DNA of 24,000 nucleotides. It comes from Tenggerimyces flavus. GTDB lineage: Bacteria; Actinomycetota; Actinomycetes; Propionibacteriales; Actinopolymorphaceae. The stretch's first letter is position 1, and each line of letters opens with the position of its first letter. Under the pieces are notes generated by a model. That model ran no database searches. It worked only from the letters and a program-made list of their open reading frames with translations, and was not told where the DNA came from. The stretch lies in assembly GCF_016907715.1 (NCBI RefSeq), contig NZ_JAFBCM010000001.1, forward strand, positions 7,145,420 to 7,169,419. Direction: 5' to 3'. A program made the position numbers and the translations under genes. This document shows, in pieces, positions 1-6,860 of this stretch.

Positions 1-1
1 C

Positions 2-172
2 CATGAGTCTGCTGATCGCGGCGGCGTCCGCGCGGCCAACCAGGGCATGCTGCTGCCGACCGGCTGGTACGAGAACGACCACATCACCATCCTCAAGGTC
101 ATCGGCAGCGACGGCAACAAGGCGATCCTGGTCAACAACTGCGAGCAGTTCTCCGAGCAGCACAACGACTGA
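2..172 (+). CDS. 3' end of an unidentified protein-coding gene (5' end outside window)
   Basis: Open from the window edge in frame 2 and ends at TGA 170-172. Translation is ...GMLLPTGWYENDHITILKVIGSDGNKAILVNNCEQFSEQHND*, with strong G/C third-position bias. The listed ORF 3..281 is the wrong frame (Ala/Arg/Ser/Thr-rich). Confidence 0.5.
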   Translation, partial: HESADRGGVRAANQGMLLPTGWYENDHITILKVIGSDGNKAILVNNCEQFSEQHND

Positions 173-196
173 CACCACCTGCATCACTAGCATCAC

Positions 197-253
197 CGGT
201 GCCAACGGCACCGTGCAGATGGGCACCTGGACCTCCGACCGGGTGCCCATTTC
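197..253 (+). terminator. two tandem GC-rich hairpins after the first CDS (candidate terminator)
   Basis: cggtgcc-aac-ggcaccg (197-213, 7-bp stem), then atgggcacc-N14-ggtgcccat (219-250, 9-bp stem) followed by tt. The T tract is very short, so this is a weak canonical terminator. Confidence 0.3.
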
Positions 254-318
254 GCGTACCCGCCCTCTTCGCAGGCCCTGACGTCAGACAATGTCCGCGC
301 GCCCGGCCTTCGACTAAC

Positions 319-1409
319 TGTACTGACCAGGACCGTTGTTGACGTGAGAGAGACCTCCGGGGGTCGAGTGGGAGCTGTCTAGGTCTTCCGCTCGAGGCTC
401 GGAGGTCTCTTGTGTCTCACGGTAACGCTCGGTTGACGCCGGCCGGCAGGTTGATCATGGTGAAGCGGATCGCCGCGGGTCGTGCGGTCGCCCATGTGGC
501 GGCGGAGATGGGGGTGTCCCGGACCACGGCGTGGCGGTGGTGGCGCCGGTTCCAGGTCGAGGGCGTAGCGGGGCTGGTTGATCGGCCCAGCGTCGCGCGG
601 TCCCATCCACGTCGCACCTGCGTGTGTGGAGACAAAGGTCCGGATCGCTCGGCTGCTGACCCGGCGAGGCCCGGTGTTCCTCGGACACCAGCTCGGCATC
701 GCAGCGTCCACGGTCGGCAGGGTTCTCACCCGGCACGGTGTCCCGCTGCTGCGTGAATGCGATCCGATCACCGGCACGCCGATCCGCGCCACACCTCGCT
801 CGGCCAACCGCTACGAACACGACACCCCAGGCTCGCTGATCCACCTCGACGTGAAGAAACTTCGCCGGATCCCGCCCGGTGGCGGGTGGAAGGCCCACGG
901 CCGCGCCGCACGTCCCAGCCACACGTCCCAGCCACAAACGCGGACTCGACTACGACTACGCACACACCGCCATGTCCACACCGCGATCGACCGACCACTC
1001 CCGACTCGCCTACGCCGAGATCCACGACGACGAGAAAGGCCCGACCTGCGCCGCGTTCCTGTCCCGCGCGGCCGCGTTCTACGCCTCGGTCGGCATCCGC
1101 GTGCAGCGCGTCCTGACCGACAACGCCAAGAACTACCGCCGCTCCCACGCCTTCCTCACCACCGCCGACCAGCTGGGCATCACGCTGAAGGCGATCCGAC
1201 CCCACTGCCCCTGGACCAACGGCAAAGCCTGTGAAGACTCAACCGCACCCTCGCCACCAAATGGGCCTACTCCCAGCCCTTCACCACCAACGACCAACGC
1301 TCCCGGCTCTTGCCCACCTGGCTCAACTACTACAACCTAGAACGACCCCACCTCGCCATCGCAGGCCAACGCCCCATCGACCGCGTCAACAACGATCGTA
1401 GTCAGTACA
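319..1409 (+). mobile_element. IS481-family insertion sequence (decayed)
   Basis: Terminal inverted repeats: tgtactgaccaggaccgttgttgacg (319-344) versus the reverse complement of 1384-1409, 23/26 identical. Flanking hexamers actaac (313-318) and actagc (1410-1415) match 5/6, resembling the 6-bp NCTAGN duplication known for IS481-type elements. A single transposase gene lies inside. Confidence 0.85.
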
Positions 1410-1414
1410 ACTAG
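412..1414 (+). pseudogene. IS481-family transposase (HTH + DDE integrase core), multiply frameshifted
   Basis: GTG 412 follows ggagg (401-405). HTH N-terminus: MSHGNARLTPAGRLIMVKRIAAGRAVAHVAAEMGVSRTTAWRWWRRF. Core: IHLDVKKL...LDYDYAHTA...DHSRLAYAEIHDDEKG...RVLTDNAKNYR...CPWTNGKA. Tail: RLNRTLATKWAY...YYNLERPHLAIAGQRPIDRV. These parts lie in three reading frames, with shifts near 610-630, at the 13-bp duplication 909-934, and near 1230 (gaag where gaaag would keep frame). Stop is TAG 1412-1414. Confidence 0.85.
909..934 (+). repeat. perfect 13-bp tandem duplication (cacgtcccagcca x2) inside the IS481 transposase gene
   Basis: Read directly: 909-921 equals 922-934. The +13 nt shifts the transposase frame between ...WKAHGRAARPSH and KRGLDYDY.... 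Confidence 0.95.
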
Positions 1415-1457
1415 CTGGCCACCCGTGACCTGCCAGTGCGCTCGGCGTTGAACTCCG

Positions 1458-2090
1458 GTGGAGCCACAACCAAGGGCCGGTGCGGTGACGTGGATGCGGT
1501 CGAGCCCGGAACAGCTGCTGAGCGGTGTCGGCACCGGGGACGAGAAGGCGTTCGCGGAGCTTTATGAGGTGTTGGCGGACCGGGTATACGGGCTGGCCCG
1601 ACGGGTGGTCGGTGACGACACGGACGCCGAAGACATCGCCCAAGAAGTCTTCGTCCAGCTGTGGCAAACCGCGCCACGTTACGACCCGGCACGCGGGAGC
1701 GTGCACAGTTGGGTCATGACCATCACCCATCGACGGGCCGTGGACAAGGTCCGCGCCGTCCGGACACGACGCTCCCACGAAGCCGCGGCCTCGAGCCCGA
1801 TCGACCGCTTCGAGGCCGACGCCTGGGATCCCGTCGGCGACCACGCCCAGATTGCCGCCGACGCGGCCCGGCTACGCCGCTGCATCCTGACCCGCCTCAC
1901 CATCCTGCAGCGGCAGGCGATAGTGCTCGCCTACTACCACGGCCACACCTACGCCGAGGTAGCCAGACTGCTCGACACCCACCCCTCCACGATCAAAACC
2001 CGCATCCGCGACGGCCTCCGCCGCCTGCGCACCTGCCTCAACGACAACCCACCAGCCCAAAGCCGACACGTTGTCTCCACGCGCTGGTGA
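1458..2090 (+). CDS. ECF (sigma-70 family) RNA polymerase sigma factor, SigK-like
   Basis: Region 2: DAEDIAQEVFVQLWQTAPRYDPARGSVHSWVMTITHRRAVDKVR. Region 4: LTILQRQAIVLAYYHGHTYAEVARLLDTHPSTIKTRIRDGLRRLRTCL. Overall it resembles mycobacterial SigK as I recall it. The true start may be the internal ATG at 1494 (MRSSPEQLL). Confidence 0.9.
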   Translation: MEPQPRAGAVTWMRSSPEQLLSGVGTGDEKAFAELYEVLADRVYGLARRVVGDDTDAEDIAQEVFVQLWQTAPRYDPARGSVHSWVMTITHRRAVDKVRAVRTRRSHEAAASSPIDRFEADAWDPVGDHAQIAADAARLRRCILTRLTILQRQAIVLAYYHGHTYAEVARLLDTHPSTIKTRIRDGLRRLRTCLNDNPPAQSRHVVSTRW

Positions 2091-2888
2091 CCGGTGATGG
2101 CGGCAACTGGCGTCAAATTTTCAGACACGTACTGCAGCCCAGCCCAAACTGCCGTTCGAATTCGGGGAAAGACCTGTCAGCGTTCGCCGACAAAGTCACA
2201 AGGCCCGGCCACGTGCCGCCTCATCCAGTTCACGTGCATCACGGCCGACATGACCTCGTTCTTGCGCATCTCCACCCAGTCTGGGGAACCGGCCAGCGTC
2301 GGAATCCTCTAGCGAGAGTCGTACCTGTGACATAGCTCGCCATCCCCGGCACTGGCTGGATTCTGCAACTGCGCCGGACAGTTCGACGCCGCGTACCGCA
2401 TCGCGATGAACGCCAGCCGGCACGACCATCCGGTCGGTGGGGCCGCCTTCACACCTGTCGGCGAAGTGGTCGCTCACGACCCGCGCCGGCGGTTGGTGCT
2501 ACGCCAGACGAACCAGACGCCCGCAGCGGTTGCGGAAAAGATGATCGCGGCGGATTATCCCAAATCCAGAAGCTCGTGCCCATAGCGGTGCCTCGGAGCT
2601 GCATCTGGCAGCCACCACCAGACGGTGCCTACTTCTCGTAGACGCTGCGACGACGACGGAACGACCCCTCAGCCTCCCGGCGAAATCGATATGACGTCTC
2701 GGCGAATCCTTGACGACACGGCAACGCGACCTCGTTCGACGGCAACCTCAACCAGGCTGTCGGCGCTGGCAAGATCGCCGACGCGGGTGGTGAAGCCTCA
2801 CCCGGAGAGAAAGCTGTCCTCGGAGTAGGCCGCGAAGCGACTTCGTTCCGGCACACCCAGCCGCGCTGCCTGAGAGCAAATGCGCGAC

Positions 2889-2926
2889 GCCCTCGACCCG
2901 GTCAGGAATGGGGTCAGGTCGAGGGC
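2889..2926 (-). terminator. 10-bp perfect-stem hairpin downstream of the PRC-barrel gene (candidate terminator)
   Basis: gccctcgacc (2889-2898) pairs with ggtcgagggc (2917-2926) across an 18-nt loop. It lies about 60 nt past the TAA at 2988-2990 on the minus strand. There is no clear U tract. Confidence 0.3.
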
Positions 2927-2987
2927 GCCGCCGTCAACCGTAGTAGTCCGCACGTGCCGTAGCGGGCCAGTGACGGGTGGTGCGGGG

Positions 2988-3398
2988 TTACATGGTGCCG
3001 CCGGGACCGCCGGGTCCGCCGGGTCCGCGGTAGGTGGTGTCGTAGTAGTCGCCGAGCCGGGTGCGGTAGTCATCATCGACGCCGCGTTCGGGATCGGGAT
3101 CGTACGGTGGGGAGTCCTTGATCTGGTCTTTGGTGCGATCGACGTAGACCTTCTGCTCGTCGGGGTCGATCCGGTCGATCACCCCGGCGGGGAGCAGCAC
3201 CTTGCGGCCGAAAATCCACGGCCCGGTGTCCACGACGAGCCCGGCGGCACCGGGGTCGTGGGTGGCCCCGTCGACTTTGCCGATGTCGCCGTCGGTAGCG
3301 GCGATCTTGTACCCAACCAGGTCGGCGCCTTCGGTGTAGCCAGACTCTGGTCGGTAGCTCCACGGGTCGAACATGCTGTTCGTCATCACGAACACCAC
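2988..3398 (-). CDS. PRC-barrel domain protein with Gly-Pro-rich C-terminus
   Basis: MFDPWSYRPESGYTEGADLVGYKIAATDGDIGKVDGATHDPGAAGLVVDTGPWIFGRKVLLPAGVIDRIDPDEQKVYVDRTKDQIKDSPPYDP matches the actinobacterial PRC-barrel pattern. The tail GPGGPGGPGG is encoded by a 9-bp x3 repeat at 3001-3027. The likely start is GTG 3389 or ATG 3386, after gagg. Confidence 0.85.
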   Translation of the reverse strand: MVFVMTNSMFDPWSYRPESGYTEGADLVGYKIAATDGDIGKVDGATHDPGAAGLVVDTGPWIFGRKVLLPAGVIDRIDPDEQKVYVDRTKDQIKDSPPYDPDPERGVDDDYRTRLGDYYDTTYRGPGGPGGPGGTM

Positions 3399-3545
3399 CT
3401 CTGTGTCAGCAGCTGGGAGTGCTGCGCAGGCTGCCTACCCGCCGGGTGGGTGACCAACCCTCACCCGCCGTTCGAACGTCCAACCCCGACCACACGCCGG
3501 CACAGCACCTCAACTGAGCGTGCCTTCGTTGTGGAGGGCTGGCCG

Positions 3546-3766
3546 TCAGCTGCGCGCCGCGGCGAGCAGCTGATCGGATACGTGCCGCAGCCGCCGCGGG
3601 GCATGAGGTCGAAGGCATGGGGCAGCACGCCGAAGATGCCACCGCGCAGCTCATCGACGAGCTCGGCCTCGTGGCAGTCCTCGAAGTAGCGGCCGCCGAT
3701 GCACGCTACCCGCCGGGAGGTGGCCAGGAACACTGAGCTCGCAGCGCCTTGCTCGGTCGTCTTCAT
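3546..3766 (-). pseudogene. C-terminal remnant of an SDR-family oxidoreductase (5' truncated, frameshifted)
   Basis: KTTEQGAASSVFLATSRRVACIGGRYFEDCHEAELVDELRGGIFGVLPHAFD is the typical C-terminal block of this SDR subgroup. After AFD the sense continues in another frame (HAPRRLRHVSDQLLAAARS*, stop 3546-3548); gacctc where gaccctc would keep frame. An in-frame TGA lies 12 codons upstream of the ATG, and no Rossmann N-terminus is present. Confidence 0.6.
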
Positions 3767-4134
3767 GCGAAACAGGCCGGCCGCTGGCGACAGTCAACGG
3801 GCCCGCTGCCATTGCCACCACCTTGATGCTCGCCTGCCCGCTCGGCGACCGATATGACGAGGCCGCTCAAGTGGCCGTCGAGGCGTCCGTCGGGGCGGAA
3901 TTGGAGAGGCAAGGAACCGAACCACCTGAACGCACTCCCTTCGATCGTGCTGGCTGCCCCGCGGCAGTTCGGTCACTTCACGGCTCTCCGCGCTGAGGCG
4001 CTGTGAGCGAGGCCGTGGCCGAGGTCTCGCGGCAGCGAAAGCTCCGTTCCCTCCAACCGGTCGGGGTGACTGCGGTCGGACAACCGTGGCGCAACGCCGC
4101 GACCCTTGGTCTGGCATTGCATGGCGAGACAAAG

Positions 4135-4226
4135 CCGGAGAAGGGCGCTAGGCAGAACAACGGGGGTGTGCCTAGCGCCCTTCCGGAGAAGGGCTCGGCA
4201 GACGTGGTGGGGGGTCGGTCTGCCGA
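4135..4226. repeat. tandem pair of related hairpin modules in a non-coding gap
   Basis: Module 1: ccggagaagggc leader, stem gaagggcgctaggca (4140-4154) / tgcctagcgcccttc (4169-4183), 15 bp perfect, 14-nt G-rich loop. Module 2: ccggagaagggc again (4183-4194), stem tcggcagac (4195-4203) / gtctgccga (4218-4226), 14-nt G-rich loop. Confidence 0.6.
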
Positions 4227-4528
4227 ACGGCCTCCTTGCCCCACAAGAAAGGCTCGGGAACGGATATGAGACAGCTATGAGAGCGAGGTGAGTATGGTCT
4301 CATTCGGTCATGTCACGCTCTGGCGTCGCCGAGCCCGAGACCTCGTGTGTGTGGGATCTGGCCCGTCAGGGTGCACAAGGCCATGACGTGCATCCTCGGA
4401 TGGTTGCCGACCTTAGGCCGCCGTACGGAGGTTCCGAGCCGAACGCGTTCTGCTTTCATGCGAGTGGCCCACGGCATTCTCATCTGGCTCTCATTCTGGG
4501 GTCTGGCTACGAGTGGAGGATCGACGTC

Positions 4529-4948
4529 ATGCTGATCCGATCGACGGTTGTGTCCGCGTTGGCGGCGGTCCTAGGCGCTGTCGGGCTGCTCTGGCTCGTC
4601 ACTGGGATGTTGCTGGGAGGGGGTGACCGAACACCTGACCTGGGCGGCCCTGTGCGGTTTGAGGTACCGACCGTCGCACCCGCGGTGTCGCCGCCCGCAG
4701 GGTCGCCGCCCGCTGCGTTGCAGCCCACCGATGAGCCGCCGGCGGCGCCTTCGGTCCCACCTACTTCACGCGAAGCGGTACCAGTGGCTCCGGCGCCGCA
4801 GCGAGCCGATGAGGATGACGACAGTGGCCGGCCGAGCGACGATGGGCGACCAGGCAACGAAGGCGGCGATCCCGACGACGACTCCGACGGCGGTGACGAC
4901 GGTGACGACGACTCCGACGACGACGATGACGGTGACGACGATGACTGA
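4529..4948 (+). CDS. small membrane-anchored Pro-rich protein with poly-Asp C-terminal tail
   Basis: ATG 4529 lies 8 nt after ggagga (4515-4520). The N-terminal TM is MLIRSTVVSALAAVLGAVGLLWLVTGMLLGG, followed by a Pro/Ala-rich linker and ...ADEDDDSGRPSDDGRPGNEGGDPDDDSDGGDDGDDDSDDDDDGDDDD*. The stop is 8 nt before the kinase start. The ORF-track start at 4310 adds a low-GC, non-protein-like extension. Confidence 0.6.
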   Translation: MLIRSTVVSALAAVLGAVGLLWLVTGMLLGGGDRTPDLGGPVRFEVPTVAPAVSPPAGSPPAALQPTDEPPAAPSVPPTSREAVPVAPAPQRADEDDDSGRPSDDGRPGNEGGDPDDDSDGGDDGDDDSDDDDDGDDDD

Positions 4949-4956
4949 GTCCAGCT

Positions 4957-6519
4957 GTGGCGCCGACGAGTAGTAGGTTCGGTCTGGCCTGGGTTTGGGC
5001 TGCTGGTCGGGCTGGCGGCGTGGCTGCTGGTGTGGCTGAGGCGCTCCGTTCGGTGAGAACGCGGATCCTTGCCTGGGTGGTCGTGTTGACTGCTCTAGGC
5101 ATGTTGTTCGCTGGCGCTGCCGTCCTTCTGGTCGAGCGGGCCCGGATCGATCAGTCGCTGGCACAGGAGATCGAAGAGTTCCGGGCATTGGTTGCGCAGG
5201 GAATCGATCCGGTGACCGGGCGCCGCTTCGCGACGGTTGATCGCCTGATGTTCGTGGCTCTGGAGCGAAACGTCCCGGATCGTTATGAGGCGATGTTCGG
5301 CCTCGTGAACGGGCGGGTTCGCTACTTCTCGCAGAGTGAGAATGCCGATCGTCTCCATGACGATCCACGATTTCTGCGCGGCGTCTCGGCAGTCTTGGAA
5401 CGGGGAGCGCCGGCGTACGGTGACCTCGACTCCCCCGACCGTGTGGTGCGGTTCGCGGTGCTTCCCATCGACCACGACCGGGCAGGCGACCGGCAAAACG
5501 ACCAGCGCACCGGTGTGCAGACCGACGGGTGGGTGGTCACCCATGAAGTGGGGCGGGTCAAGGCGGAGTTCAACGACGTCATCCACACCTACGCGTTAGT
5601 GGCCGCAGTCGGGCTTGTCCTGGTCGGGGCGGTTGCCTGGTTCGCCGCCGGGCGGCTGCTCCGACCGGTCCGGCATGTCCGTCGCGCAGCGCAACAGATC
5701 TCCGAGACCGATCTGACGCAACGGATCGAAGTCACCGGCGACGACGACGTCTCCGAGCTCGCCCGCACCTTCAATGCCATGCTGGACCGGCTCAAGGCCG
5801 CGTTCATCACCCAGCAGCAGTTCCTCGACGACGCCGGGCACGAACTACGGACGCCGATCACCATCGTCCGCGGGCATCTTGAACTGCTCAACGACGACGA
5901 CGCCGCCGAGGTGGCAGACACCAAGGCAATCGTGCTGGACGAGCTGGACCGGATGAACCGGCTAGTCGGGGACCTCACCACCTTGGCCAAAGCCGACCGG
6001 CCGGATTTCATCCAACCCCGCCCTGTACAGGTGGGAATCCTGGTCGACGAGATCCTGGACAAGGCGAGGCCGCTAGGAACCCGAACGTGGCAGATCGACG
6101 CTCGCGCCGACGTCGTAGTCTTCCTCGACGCGCAGCGGCTCACCCAGGCCCTGCTACAACTCGCCACCAATGCCGTTAAGCAGACCGTCGGGATCGACAC
6201 CATCGCGTTCGGCTCCAGCATCGACATCAGCGCTGGGACAATCCGGCTATGGGTGCGCGACACCGGTCCCGGAGTCCACCCCGAAGACACCGAACGCATT
6301 TTCCACCGATTCCAGCGCGGCGCCGGCAGCCGCCGCTTCGAAGGCTCCGGCCTCGGTCTGTCCATCGTGGCCGCCATCACCCAAGCACATGGAGGACGTG
6401 TCGACCTGGCCTCCAGCCCCGGGCACGGCGCGACCTTCACCCTTGTCCTCCCAATGATCGCCGCGCCAGACCCAACAGACGACCCAACAGACGACCCAGC
6501 TCAGGTACTGCACTTGTAG
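4957..6519 (+). CDS. sensor histidine kinase (2 TM, HAMP, HisKA, HATPase_c)
   Basis: TM segments ILAWVVVLTALGMLFAGAAVLLV and ALVAAVGLVLVGAVAWFAAG. HAMP: RPVRHVRRAAQQISETDLTQRIEV...FNAMLDRL. H-box: FLDDAGHELRTPITIVRGHLELL. N-box: LLQLATNAVKQT. G-boxes: VRDTGPGV and GSGLGLSIV. The start could be a downstream in-frame GTG. Confidence 0.95.
   Translation: MAPTSSRFGLAWVWAAGRAGGVAAGVAEALRSVRTRILAWVVVLTALGMLFAGAAVLLVERARIDQSLAQEIEEFRALVAQGIDPVTGRRFATVDRLMFVALERNVPDRYEAMFGLVNGRVRYFSQSENADRLHDDPRFLRGVSAVLERGAPAYGDLDSPDRVVRFAVLPIDHDRAGDRQNDQRTGVQTDGWVVTHEVGRVKAEFNDVIHTYALVAAVGLVLVGAVAWFAAGRLLRPVRHVRRAAQQISETDLTQRIEVTGDDDVSELARTFNAMLDRLKAAFITQQQFLDDAGHELRTPITIVRGHLELLNDDDAAEVADTKAIVLDELDRMNRLVGDLTTLAKADRPDFIQPRPVQVGILVDEILDKARPLGTRTWQIDARADVVVFLDAQRLTQALLQLATNAVKQTVGIDTIAFGSSIDISAGTIRLWVRDTGPGVHPEDTERIFHRFQRGAGSRRFEGSGLGLSIVAAITQAHGGRVDLASSPGHGATFTLVLPMIAAPDPTDDPTDDPAQVLHL
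6469..6498 (+). repeat. in-frame 12-bp tandem repeat (gacccaacagac x2.5) in the kinase C-terminal tail
   Basis: 6469-6480 equals 6481-6492, followed by the partial copy gaccca. It encodes the DPTDDPTDDP stretch. Confidence 0.9.
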
Positions 6520-6597
6520 CTGGTTCGCCCGGAAACAAGATGAGGATGTTCTCATCGGGGTCTCATCTGGTTTTCCCGCAGCTACGCGACAGTGCGT

Positions 6598-6619
6598 CCC
6601 GCCATGATCCCGCCATGAT
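6598..6619 (+). repeat. perfect 11-bp tandem duplication (cccgccatgat x2), intergenic
   Basis: Read directly: 6598-6608 equals 6609-6619. It lies between the kinase stop and the response-regulator remnant. Confidence 0.95.
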
Positions 6620-6671
6620 CCAGAAAACGGCGGTCACATTCGTCCGACCGCGTCCGAAGAGGCGGCATCCA

Positions 6672-6860
6672 ATGAGCCGGATCCTGATCGCCGAAGACGA
6701 TGCCCACACGCTGCGTTCATCGAGAAGGACGACCGTGCACGACTATGCCTCCACCGGGGAGTTCGACCTGGCGCTGCCGCCGAGGCAAGTTTCTCATGTG
6801 GGAAAGGGTTTTGAGGTACTCGGACATGGAACTCTAGCGACGTGGCACATAGGCGGCTGA
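6672..6860 (+). pseudogene. remnant of an OmpR/PhoB-type response regulator (receiver N-terminus only)
   Basis: ATG 6672 follows gaagagg. MSRILIAEDDAH is the canonical receiver beta1/acidic pocket. AFIEK follows in another frame, then ...STGEFDLALPP...GKGFEVL. The LD phospho-acceptor context is missing, and there is no remaining receiver or winged-helix domain. The tail overlaps the STPK start. Confidence 0.7.

Noticed and set aside
3-281. Listed 92-aa ORF at the window start
   Set aside because: It is the wrong frame. The adjacent frame (2..172) has far better codon bias and a natural protein sequence.
2094-2987. Several short coding-like fragments on both strands downstream of the sigma gene
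   Set aside because: None has a start codon plus adequate length, and complementary frames both show GC3 bias. I could not assign any family by eye, so I left the region unannotated and flagged it only within a finding.
3770-4300. ORFs 3794..4132(-), 3978..4244(-), 4003..4269(+) and 4106..4291(+)
   Set aside because: They overlap one another, are Arg/Pro/Gly-rich, and have no SD or motif support. The region is better described as non-coding with hairpins.
4310-4528. N-terminal 73-codon extension of the poly-Asp protein ORF
   Set aside because: It is a lower-GC, non-protein-like sequence. A strong SD (ggagga) sits directly before the internal ATG 4529, which begins a clean signal-anchor.
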